From Candidatus Aldehydirespiratoraceae bacterium (lineage in GTDB: Bacteria; Actinomycetota; Acidimicrobiia; Acidimicrobiales; Aldehydirespiratoraceae), in NCBI GenBank assembly GCA_965198365.1, contig OZ240617.1:83752-147751 (forward strand): DNA of 64,000 nucleotides, in the 5' to 3' direction. A program made the position numbers and the translations under genes. Shown one piece after another: positions 46,496 to 55,700 of the stretch. The stretch's first letter is position 1; every line of letters starts with the position of its first letter. Under the pieces are notes generated by a model. That model saw only the letters and a program-made list of their open reading frames with translations. It did no database searches and was not told the origin of the DNA.

Positions 46496-47343
46496 GTGAA
46501 GCGGCGCATGACATCACATGGGTAAAGGAGGACTTCGCAACTCGCAGACGCGACGTTGTGCTCACTGAGGCTTGGGATCGGTTCTGCGAGGCAGTGAAGC
46601 ACAAGACACGATTCGTTATCTGGTTTCAAAATCTCGAAGACGAGGACCCGTACACCGGAGAGATTTCTCCGGCCAAAATTCTTGAGCACATCACATGGCT
46701 CTTTGAGCCACTGGATCTCGTGCGAGTCCTTCCTGCTGCCCACCGAGTCTGGCGTGCGCGCCCGCATTCGGCGCCGATCGAGCACACAGCGTCCCAGTTG
46801 GGAACAGTCCCCGAAGAACTGGCGATTCGAGCCAACCGGATGAGCCCGGCGGGTATTCCTCTGTTCTATGGGGCAGCTGATTCGGATACGGCAGTTGAGG
46901 AAGTCGCTTCCTCATCCGAGGGCACACACGTCACCTGGTGCGAGTTCGAACTCACCGAAGACCTGAGGGTGGTTGATCTCACACGGCTGCCAGCCGTTCC
47001 GAGCATGTTCGACCCAGAGCTAGGACAGTTGCGTCGCTATATTAGGTTTCTCCACATGTTCGTTAAGCAACTCATTGCTCCTGTCGGGACAGATCGCGAA
47101 GACATTGAGTACGTCCCAACCCAGATCGTCTCCGAATATCTGCTCCACGTCCTTGATGGCGGCGAGCAAGTTAGAGGTCTGATCTATCAGTCCTCTATTG
47201 CCCAAGGAGCGTGTGTGGCTTTGGATATCCGCAACGACCATTGCATAGGTCCCGAGACTCCCGCAGAGAGCAATCCCCCACATCTAAGGCTTGTGGCTGA
47301 CAGCATCAGGTCTGCTGCAAGGCCGGACCTATCGACATTGTAG
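46496..47343 (+). CDS. RES-domain protein (HEPN/RES-associated type), probably 5'-truncated
   Basis: WDRFCEAVKHKTRF, RANRMSPAGIPLFYGA, EYVPTQIVSEYL, LIYQSS; frame open upstream of GTG 46558 to the junction with the truncated neighbour. Confidence 0.75.
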
Positions 47344-47733
47344 GAGCCGGGGGAAGGTCGCCTGGCGCGTTGGTTCCGGTGGTGTTGCTGGTGATTAGTA
47401 CGGTGCCTCGGGCGGCGAGCACGGGATCTGTGGTGGAGAACCCAGCTGACGGCTTCTGTGGCGAGTCGACCGAGGGAACCACCGAGGTGGAACTGCGAAC
47501 CTGACCTCGTCCCCAGGATCCAATAATGCGGGGAAGCGTCTCAGGGTTGAGATGTGCAAGGTGGTTCGGCGAGGGTGAGTACGCGGTCACTGAGTCCGTC
47601 AAGGGCAGCAACCATAACCCTGAGAGGAAGGTCACCCCCTACTTCTCCCTCGTAGCCACCGATGTCCAATCCGAGTTCATAGAGAAATCGCGCGTAGCTC
47701 TCCACTTCTTCGGTTTTGTAAGGAAGGAAATAG

Positions 47734-47997
47734 TCAAGCTTCGATCGTGCTGGGAATTCGACTTTGCCCCGCCGCAAACCCCAGATGTTCAGCACCGACA
47801 ACGTCCCGCTGTTGGATCGTAGGCAGTTGACTCGCAACGAGAATCCGTTCTGTCGTACCGAATCGGGACTGTCCCGCGAAGTCGAATATCCCAGAAGCTC
47901 CGAACAGATAATCCCGCAAGGGTCGACGTCGTTGTGCAATCGGATGGGGCGGTTGGGAGCGCCCCTCAGCGATTTCAGTTTCGTTCGCAGTAGTCAT
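47734..47997 (-). CDS. Hypothetical protein, possibly degraded
   Basis: ATG-started 87-aa ORF; downstream frames look broken. Confidence 0.3.
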   Translation of the reverse strand: MTTANETEIAEGRSQPPHPIAQRRRPLRDYLFGASGIFDFAGQSRFGTTERILVASQLPTIQQRDVVGAEHLGFAAGQSRIPSTIEA

Positions 47998-48032
47998 TCG
48001 ACATCCATTTGCGGGTCCCGAGCGCCTAGGTT

Positions 48033-48133
48033 GCTACCCAACTGGAGGAAAGACACGGCTCTGCTCTATCGGCCTGGTTTGGGGTAATCAAGAGACTCGG
48101 TTGCTCTCTCGTAGAGAAAGTCGGCAAGCCGGC
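48033..48133. repeat. Intergenic repeat C, copy 2
   Basis: Matches 42354-42454. Confidence 0.8.
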
Positions 48134-48260
48134 GGCCGTATGCCTCGGGCGTTTCGTCTGGTCGGCTGCGGAGAATTTCCTTTGGTGGGTCGTCTTTAGG
48201 CATCCCATCTTGACTAGCGGCCATCAGTCTTGCCTCTCTTGTAGTCGCTGGTCCGAATTG

Positions 48261-48680
48261 CTAGGCGGCTATGAAGACCGAGCCGCAGATGGCGACAGTC
48301 ATCACGACAATTGCCACAACGAACGCCCAAACATCTCTGCTGCGTCTGTCCGACAGCTCCGCGAACCGCGTGTCGACCGCCGCAAACCGGGTATCTATCG
48401 CCGCAAACCGGGCGTCGACCGCCGCGAACTGCTTCTTGATCTCCGCGAACTGCTCGGCGAGCTGTTCGCGGAGTTGCGCGAACTGGACGTCCATCTTGGC
48501 GTCGAGTTCGACGAATCCGGCCTGTGTCTTGAGCTCAAGGTCTGCCAGGTCACGTTTCGTGGCGAACTGCTCCCATCCTCCAGGTGGTTGCTGTGCCATA
48601 AGGAACTCCGCTTCCTGTTGACCTATCGTGTCGGCGAGGCTGTTGTAGATCTCGGTTCGCTGCTGTTCTGTCAGAGCCAC
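48261..48680 (-). CDS. Family A copy 5 (139 aa)
   Basis: Paralog with FAAVDAR-FAAIDTR-FAAVDTR heptads; TGG-to-TAG change removes WQFGPA. Confidence 0.85.
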   Translation of the reverse strand: MALTEQQRTEIYNSLADTIGQQEAEFLMAQQPPGGWEQFATKRDLADLELKTQAGFVELDAKMDVQFAQLREQLAEQFAEIKKQFAAVDARFAAIDTRFAAVDTRFAELSDRRSRDVWAFVVAIVVMTVAICGSVFIAA

Positions 48681-48879
48681 TTTGGTCTCCCGTCCAATTC
48701 GTAATGATCGAGTCAGGGGGGAAGTGGCTTACGGGCATCACAGTATCATCAAAGCCATTCAGAGACAATCGAATCAGACTAACGGCAACCGACGCACACT
48801 TCGAGTGATACGGTACGGGTACTCGTTCAGCAATGGCGACAACTTCCCATCACAAGCAACTTGACGAAGGGAACTTGCC
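48681..48879. repeat. Leader L copy 5 plus segment M (complete divergent intergenic region)
   Basis: Lies between head-to-head family A and family B genes. Confidence 0.9.
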
Positions 48880-49266
48880 ATGGCGGCAGGCGAGGGGGAG
48901 CGTATTGAGCTCCTCAACAGTTTGATCGAAGCGCTCGGAGAGGATGTGGCCCACAAACTCATGGACTCCTTACCTCCATTTTCTTGGGACCAACTCGCAA
49001 CCAAAGACGACCTCAACGCGTTGTCGACGTCGATCACCGCGAAGTTCGACCAAGTCGACGCACAGTTCACTGCGGTGGCAGCAGAGTTCGTGAGTCTGCG
49101 CGGGGAGATATCCAAAGAGATCGCAGGACTATCGATAAAGATCGGCGAACTCAATAGCAGTTTCTCCAAGAAGATCACGGAACAGACCCGAACCATGGTG
49201 CTGATGATGGCGGGTTTCTCGTTGACCGTCTGCGCAGCAATGGCCGGCGGCATCCTGTTCGCCTGA
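48880..49266 (+). CDS. Family B copy 2 (128 aa)
   Basis: Paralog of 41464-41904, 18 aa shorter in the stalk. Confidence 0.85.
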   Translation: MAAGEGERIELLNSLIEALGEDVAHKLMDSLPPFSWDQLATKDDLNALSTSITAKFDQVDAQFTAVAAEFVSLRGEISKEIAGLSIKIGELNSSFSKKITEQTRTMVLMMAGFSLTVCAAMAGGILFA

Positions 49267-49289
49267 CCGCACAGCCCGGGTCGGGAGAG

Positions 49290-49417
49290 CGGGACGAGTC
49301 TCTCGCCCATTCGGCGGGATTGAAGTTTATGCCGCCCAGGACGGGGATGTCGTCGCCCCCGTGTTCCAGTTGGACGTGAACCCAGTCGGCCAAAGCGGAG
49401 CGAATGTTGCGGATCTC
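49290..49417 (-). pseudogene. Possible HicB-like antitoxin C-terminal fragment
   Basis: Hand translation EIRNIRSALADWVHVQLEHGGDDIPVLGGINFN resembles HicB C-termini; no start. Confidence 0.35.
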
Positions 49418-49477
49418 GCAACAGTCGTGACTTATCTCGACCGGCTAAGCGGTTCGTTCTGGTGGCCTCGTAATCCT

Positions 49478-49672
49478 ATGAGCGACTAGCCTTTCAAAGT
49501 CGGGGACGCCGTGAGAGTCAAAGGCGCCGATGCGTATGCGCCGACGATGACCATCACCGCAGTAACGGAGAACAGGCAAGGTGGCTTCACGGTCCGGGTT
49601 ACTTGGTACGTAGAGGAGGAATGGAAAGAGCACGACTTTCCCACCGAGGCGCTCGGGCAAGTCCTAAGTTAG
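49478..49672 (+). pseudogene. YodC/DUF2158-like gene with an in-frame TAG at codon 4
   Basis: Hand translation MSD*PFKVGDAVRVKG...PTMTIT...VTWY...HDFPTEAL; the track only shows the antisense shadow. Confidence 0.65.
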
Positions 49673-49682
49673 TCGCGGATGA

Positions 49683-49810
49683 GTGCAACGAACTTGGTGG
49701 ACAACCGTCTGGAGCGGTGACCGCATCGAAGTGACGCGCGGCATCAACACCGCGTCAGTTGACCTGATCTATCTTGACCCGCCGTTCAACTCCAACGCCG
49801 ACTACGCCAA
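49683..49810 (+). pseudogene. N-terminal remnant of an N6-adenine DNA methyltransferase
   Basis: WSGDRIEVTRGINTASVDLIYLDPPFNSN (motif IV DPPF), then homology stops. Confidence 0.75.
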
Positions 49811-49863
49811 CCCTGCCCGATGCTGCTTGAAAAAACTCAGAACCCGTCGCGCGAAGTCAGACG

Positions 49864-50091
49864 CAACCCAAGATCGTCTCCGAATATCTGCTATACGTCC
49901 CTGATGGGGGCGAACGAGTTAGAGGTCTGATCTATCAGTCCTCTATTGCACAGGGAGCGTGTGTGGCTTTGGATATCCGCAACGACCATTGCATAGGCCC
50001 CGAGACTCCCGCAGAGAGCGATTCCCCACATCTAAGGCTTGTGGCTGACAGCATTGGGTCTGCTGCAAGGCCGGACCTATCGACATCGTAG
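49864..50091 (+). pseudogene. Duplicated 3' fragment of the RES gene
   Basis: High nucleotide match to 47117-47343, including the stop and downstream flank. Confidence 0.9.
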
Positions 50092-50337
50092 GAGCCGGCG
50101 GGAAGGCAGCGGATGGAGTCGGTGCCGGTCGTGTTGCTGGTGATGAGTGCGGTGCCTCGGTCGAGGACGCGGTTTTGGAGCGGGGAGGAGACACCGGACG
50201 CGGGAGTGACAGGCCGTTGACCTTGACTCCCTGGCCGGTGTCCATGAGTAGTCGTGGTCCTCGCAACCGACCGAGTGGACACCTTAGGCCGACTGTAATG
50301 GTCGCTCCGCTTGGCAGCATAGATCGGCTGACAGTGG

Positions 50338-50883
50338 TCAGGTGGGCAGTTCCCAGACGTTGGGGTTGAGGGCGTTTTGGGTGGCGTAGGTGTGCCAGCT
50401 GAGGAAACATTCTTCGGGGGGTGCGGGGACGCCGGCGGCGTGGGTGACTTCGGGGAGGTATGACCAGTAGCCGGTGGTGGTTGCGTGCCGGCGGGTCGAG
50501 ATGACGCCTTCTCTGGCGAGTCGACCTAGGCAACCACCGAGGAAGCTGGACGTAGAGTATTTTGTCTTCGCTCTACTTGTGTGGCCCCAGCGCCGAACCA
50601 TTTGGGCATAGGTGCTGGGATGCGCCAACTTGTAGCGGTGTTCAATTATGCCGTATTCGAGCCATTGGTCGGAGTTGCCGATGCATTGGATCAAACCGTC
50701 GTACACACCCCAGTCTTCACCGATCCCGCTACGTGCATCTAGATTGCTTCGGCCGTTGGCCCTCACGGTCGGCATCCACGAGTATCTACAGTCTTCGCAG
50801 TGAAGTACTTGCTTGCCGTCGTCATCGAGGAACTCGATGATGGAGTCGTCGTAGGAACACGTCGGGCATGCTTGTCGGGGCAC
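50338..50883 (-). CDS. Hypothetical protein with an N-terminal Zn ribbon
   Basis: CPTC...CEDC; full-length version of 46133-46495; a third fragment lies at 47448-47487. Confidence 0.75.
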   Translation of the reverse strand: MPRQACPTCSYDDSIIEFLDDDGKQVLHCEDCRYSWMPTVRANGRSNLDARSGIGEDWGVYDGLIQCIGNSDQWLEYGIIEHRYKLAHPSTYAQMVRRWGHTSRAKTKYSTSSFLGGCLGRLAREGVISTRRHATTTGYWSYLPEVTHAAGVPAPPEECFLSWHTYATQNALNPNVWELPT

Positions 50884-50923
50884 TTAGTGCTTTCTGGCTG
50901 GGGCGAACGGGGAATAATAGTTG

Positions 50924-50949
50924 GAGCCCTAGGCTAAGACCTCGGGCTC
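50924..50949 (-). terminator. Hairpin terminator of the same family as those after FN3 paralogs 3 and 4
   Basis: GAGCCCTAGG...CCTCGGGCTC with the AATAG flank; compare 52655-52682 and 56360-56387. Confidence 0.65.
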
Positions 50950-51331
50950 AGGCGGGGGCGGTAACTTCCCAACCTGATGCTCTCAGCTCTTCGGCTGCTT
51001 CTGTCGGATTGCTACGCACGGCGGCTCTCAGTTGGAGGTTCTCCCAGCGGAGGTTCATCGTGCTGATGAGTGTTGCCAAATGTGTATCGTCGTCGTCAAG
51101 AACACACCAATGCGTATACATCAAGTAGACGTTGGCTTTGTTCCGATTTCGGGAGAGGGGTATCGGCTTAGGTTCCAGGCTGTTGCGCCCGACCTCGCGA
51201 CCCAATAGGACTTGTTCCCGGTGAAGTGTCGTTGCAGAGATAGAGATTCCGTCGGTGACTGTACTATTCAGCAGTTCCGATAGGTCTTGGGCGAACAGGC
51301 GCGCGTGATCCTGCAGGCTGGTTTTTTTCAT
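50948..51331 (-). CDS. Hypothetical protein downstream of G copy 2 (toxin-like partner, possibly chimeric or truncated)
   Basis: Starts 15 nt after the G stop; FAQDLSELLNSTV N-terminus; composition changes after STMNL. Confidence 0.5.
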   Translation of the reverse strand: MKKTSLQDHARLFAQDLSELLNSTVTDGISISATTLHREQVLLGREVGRNSLEPKPIPLSRNRNKANVYLMYTHWCVLDDDDTHLATLISTMNLRWENLQLRAAVRSNPTEAAEELRASGWEVTAPA

Positions 51332-51346
51332 CAGCTGAGTTATCTG

Positions 51347-51532
51347 TTAGAAACAACCTGTCCCAGCTAAAATGTGCCATGCGTGTCGGAGCTGTTCGGT
51401 TTCAAAGTAACCCATCTCTCCTTGCTCGCGAAGTTCCGGTATCGTCGTATTCGCCTCGTCAAGAACTTTCTGAATGAGGATGTCCAGTTCCTCTTGGCTG
51501 TTGATTTCTTCGACAACCGGTGTCATGCCCAT
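51347..51532 (-). CDS. 61-aa hypothetical protein G, copy 2
   Basis: Paralog of 44205-44390. Confidence 0.7.
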   Translation of the reverse strand: MGMTPVVEEINSQEELDILIQKVLDEANTTIPELREQGEMGYFETEQLRHAWHILAGTGCF

Positions 51533-51602
51533 GCTGGGTTTTGCCTTTCTCGCGTAACTCTACATCCGTGTAGTTTCGTGCAACTCTACCTCTGCTGCTT
51601 CT

Positions 51603-51708
51603 GATCTCGCAACAGTCGTCAACTTATCTCGACCGGCTAAGCGATTCGGTCTGGCGTCAGTTGATCGGATCTATCTTGACCCGCCGTGCAACTCCAACGC
51701 CGACTACT
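51603..51708 (+). repeat. Repeat D joined directly to a second methyltransferase remnant
   Basis: GATCTCGCAACAGTCGT...CCGGCTAAGCG matches 49412-49456; SVDRIYLDPPCNSNADY matches 49753-49806. Confidence 0.85.
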
Positions 51709-51775
51709 CCCCCATCTGAGCGGTAGCCGCTGGCCGGATAGGCGACTGTCACACCCCGATAGTACCCTGACCGGC

Positions 51776-51994
51776 ATGGCTCAATACATCCTCAACCGCA
51801 ACTCTCAGAGCAACGGCGACCACGAAGTTCACAACAAAACCGCTGGGTGCAGATTTTTGCCCCAACTTGCTAACCAGATCGACCTGGGCTTCCACTCCAA
51901 TTGTCAGGGAGCCGTAGCCACAGCCAAGCAAAAATACCCGCGGTATCGGATAAACGGGTGCTACTACTGCGCCCACGCTTGCCACACATCCTGA
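51776..51994 (+). CDS. 72-aa Cys/His-rich conserved-type hypothetical protein
   Basis: MAQYILNRNSQSNGDHEVH...C..LP...N...LG....C..AV..A......NGCYYC...CHT. Confidence 0.7.
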   Translation: MAQYILNRNSQSNGDHEVHNKTAGCRFLPQLANQIDLGFHSNCQGAVATAKQKYPRYRINGCYYCAHACHTS

Positions 51995-52146
51995 ACGGCC
52001 TGGAGCACGGTCCCTCGAGCGCCGAGCAAGGGGGCTGTGGGAGAGAACCAGCTCAGGGTGTGGCTGGGGAGACGGCGGTCCAGATCACGTTAACTGTCGT
52101 GCCGTCGCGGTCGAGTGCTGGTGTGGATGGGACAGCCGCGGCCGCG

Positions 52147-52470
52147 TCAGCGAATTAGGTAGGCGACTACTCCGTTGGCGTCTGTACTCCACAGTTCAGC
52201 GGGGACGTAGCGATCTGGGATTCCGATGGCGTCATCTTTGCTGGACAACACCATTCGGTCGAAAGTGTCGCCGTGATCATCGATCATCTGTTCGATTCTG
52301 TCGTCTGTGTTGGCGTCGCTGTCGTGATTGACAAGCCACACTCTTCCGCCTTGCCGATGGCCAGTGTGGTTGCAGGCTTTCCAAGTACCTCCATGTTCGA
52401 CACGTAGGCGACGAGCTACCAGTTCCTTGCCGTAAGGCCGGGCATCTACCCCGTTGCGGTTTCTGAGCAT
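52147..52470 (-). CDS. Hypothetical protein (107 aa)
   Basis: AAGGAG RBS upstream; no recognised motif. Confidence 0.55.
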   Translation of the reverse strand: MLRNRNGVDARPYGKELVARRLRVEHGGTWKACNHTGHRQGGRVWLVNHDSDANTDDRIEQMIDDHGDTFDRMVLSSKDDAIGIPDRYVPAELWSTDANGVVAYLIR

Positions 52471-52647
52471 TTGAATTACTCCTTCTTTCTTGTTTTTTGA
52501 ATGGTCACGCTAGAACGAACAGTGTGTTGGGGGCGAGGCCGCCCTTGCGATCGGGTCGACGATCGAACGGTGGAACCAGCTAGACCTCTGTTGCTGGATC
52601 AGGGACGCGTCGTCGGGGTCTTTCGGGGTTGGGGTCGAGGGTGGGGG

Positions 52648-52768
52648 AATAGTTAGAGCCCGAGGGTGGGGCTTCGGGCTCTGAACTAGTGCTGGGGTGC
52701 GGGTGCAGCTAGGTAGCGGGCGGCTCGCTGTGCCCGGCGGAGAGCGCAGGAGCCGGGTGGCTACATTT
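52648..52768 (-). repeat. Conserved structured 3' element plus terminator after FN3 paralog 3
   Basis: Matches 56353-56474; long hairpin GGCTC-CTG...CAG-GAGCC and an AGCCCGA stem. Confidence 0.8.
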
Positions 52769-52776
52769 TGGGGTGG

Positions 52777-55700
52777 TTATGACGGTCGGGCCACCTCGAT
52801 GGTGGTTCTGCCGGCATCGGACACAGCCAGGATCTCTTCGCTGTTTCCGATGTGGTTCACCGCAGAGACGACCACTGTGTAGAAACCGAGTGTCAGGCCA
52901 GTTATGGCATAGCTGCTGGTTGACTTGCCGGAGACGTTAACGCTGCCAGTTCGACCGGCCGCTCCTGGTGTGGTTGGGTACCACCTCACCTTGTAGCCGG
53001 TCACGTTGCTTCGAACGTCGGTTGCGGCGATGCTGTTCCATTCCACATTGATTGTCGTCCTGCTCACAGCGGTATTGATCGACATCCTTGGGTCAAGATT
53101 GTGTTCTTCGAAACCGGTTCCAACTACCGGGACGCCTTCTGATTTGACTACAGAGGAGTAGGCCGAGCTGCCGGGGTTGTTGGCCGTTGCCCGTACCCGC
53201 ACCAGATAGTGCTGACCCTCGATAAGGCCTGTGATGATAGCCACTCGCTGTCTTAGATCAGGTGTGACGACATTGGTTGTTGACCAAGGTTCCGTTGTCC
53301 AAACGCCAGTCTCACTAACGGGCCGGTATTGAACCAGGTACCCGGCGATTGCACCGCCGCCATTTGATTGGGTAACCGCCGCCCACGAAACGCGCAGGCT
53401 ATTGCCAGTGGCGTTCTCGATCGTAGTGGGGACTGAAACTGCCCTGACGGAGGTCGGGGCTGAAGGTACGCCAGCGGTAAACCCGGGAGTTTCGTCGCTT
53501 GACGGACCCTTGCCGCTTGCGTTGACGGCTTGGACCTGCACCACATAGTTGGTGTCGGGTCGCAGGCCGCTGATCCGGACACGGGTTGTTGGTGCGTTGA
53601 CTCGGATATCGGAACTGAACGGCGAGCCTAGTGTATCGATTGCATACCTCACCAAATAGTGGGTTACGGGACTACCCCCGGTTTCGTTGTCATTAGGCGG
53701 GGCCCATCTCACATTAAGTGAGGTGAAGCCGGTTTCGACATCCTCTGTAGCCACCACAACCTTGTAGGGCACTGTGGATGGGGTTCCTGAACTAGTTGCC
53801 CAGGGACCATTAGCCGTCGCAGCCGGCGCAGTCCTCGGGTTCGGAATGTTGACTGCCTGGACCCGCACTTCATAACGAGTGCCTGGGTTCAAAAGGGTAA
53901 TGTCGACTTTCCGGTTCACAGGGTCTACCGTTGCAACGCCTGAGGTGTTCCATGCACCGGCAGGGGTTGTGCCTCTGACACCTCGTATTGCAGGGACGAA
54001 GGCAGTCCGATACTGAACCACATAGTCGTGCGGAGGGGTTGTGCCGTTGGATGCTGGTGCATCCCAGGAGACCTTCAAGGTGTCGCTGGAATGTGTGACG
54101 CCCGTAAACACCGGAGGCGGAACAGCAACCACGTTTCTGGGAGCAGAATTCACGGCTTCTGGTTTCACTGTTAGTGATCGACCCGCGATCACGGATCCCG
54201 CAGCACTCTTGCCAGTAGCGTTGACTGTTCTGACTGCCACGGTGTAGTTGTAGCGATTGTCTAGACCAGTGACGGTGTATGACCTCGCGGCAACTCCAAC
54301 GGTGGCCCTACCGCCGTCATCCCAAGTAATTTCGTAGCCGGTGATGGGGCTACCCCCGTTGTTCGGTGCATCTCCGGGGAGAGGGTTGGCACCGCCGGGT
54401 GTGACCGGTGCTGCCCATGTGACGTGCAAAGCCTGATGAGCGTTGGTGACCTCTATATCTGTGGGCGCACCTGGAGCCGTCGCCGGGGTGGCCGACACGG
54501 TTGCCCATGGGCCGGTCAGCTCTTCGTCAGTACCTTGGTCGAACCGGTTGTTGGCGGGTTTCGAAAGTTCAGAATAACTGTTCGCACGGACCCGAACTTC
54601 ACACCGAACACCCGGCGTGAGGCCTGTGACGGTGTGATAGTAAACCCGAGTGGTTGATACGTGAAGCACGGGAGAATTGAACGGTGTGGTCCAAGCAACG
54701 TTCGTTCCGCATCTATATGCAACGTCGAAGTCGATAAAGTTTGCGCCACCGCTATTCACGGGCTCTGACCAACTCAGGTCAAGTTCTGTCGCGATGAACA
54801 GCTCTCGATTGAAATCGTCGCGGCCAGTTGCTGCCGTGAGGTTTGCGGGAGCACCCGCGGCGACCGGCGACGGCGAAATGGGACCCAGAGCGCCATCTTG
54901 ACCAGCCGGGGCGGTGATCGTGCCGGCACCGACAGCGTTCACTGCCTGGATCCACACCGAATAGCTCTGATTGTTGTCCAAACCCCGGATGGTGTACGAC
55001 GTAGCAGCAGCATCAACCTCAGTTTTTTGGCGCGACCCGCGACCCGCGACCCACTGGACGACATAACCAGTCACGGGACTACCACCATCTTCATCTGGTG
55101 CTTCCCAAGCCAGTTCCAACAACTCGTTACCAGCAGTCGCCGTGAAATCACTCACAGAACCTGGCACCGTCGCGGGAGTACCCGACGCCTCATCAGACCA
55201 GTCGCCTTGGCCGTCTTCGCTCACCGCGGCAACACGGAAGGTATAAGAGGTGCCCTTAGTCAGATCATCAAGAGTCGTCGAAGTGCCATCCACAGATTCC
55301 TCGTTGTCATCGGTGAAATCGTCATCGCCGGACTTCCACTGCACGACATAACCGGTGACATCGTCCCGATCAGGGGCTGTCCAAGAGATTTCCAACGCAT
55401 CGCCGTTACTGCCACTAGCTTCGGCCGCTACACCGGTTGGAGCTCCCGGAGCGGTTTCTAGAGCATCAAGCACGCGATATATACGTGCGACGAACGAAGC
55501 CATCTGGTCGCGAGTCACGTTGTTGAGCGGCGAGTATGTCGTCCGGGTTGTACCCGTCGTGACTTTCAGAGCAAAGATCTGACCGATAGCGGTCCGCTGC
55601 TCGGCACTGCGCCTACCTATGTCGGTGAAGGCAGTGGTTCCAGTCGGAGCGGCTCTACCCGCCACCACCTTATAAAGACGTGTCAAGAACAGAGCCATGT

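Noticed and set aside
36700-52500. CRISPR array or integron cassette array
   Set aside because: Repeats are 45-200 bp, irregularly spaced and flank genes in both orientations. There are no cas genes, no integrase and no consistent attC boxes; the TTCTAAC at G gene ends is only a stop-codon context.
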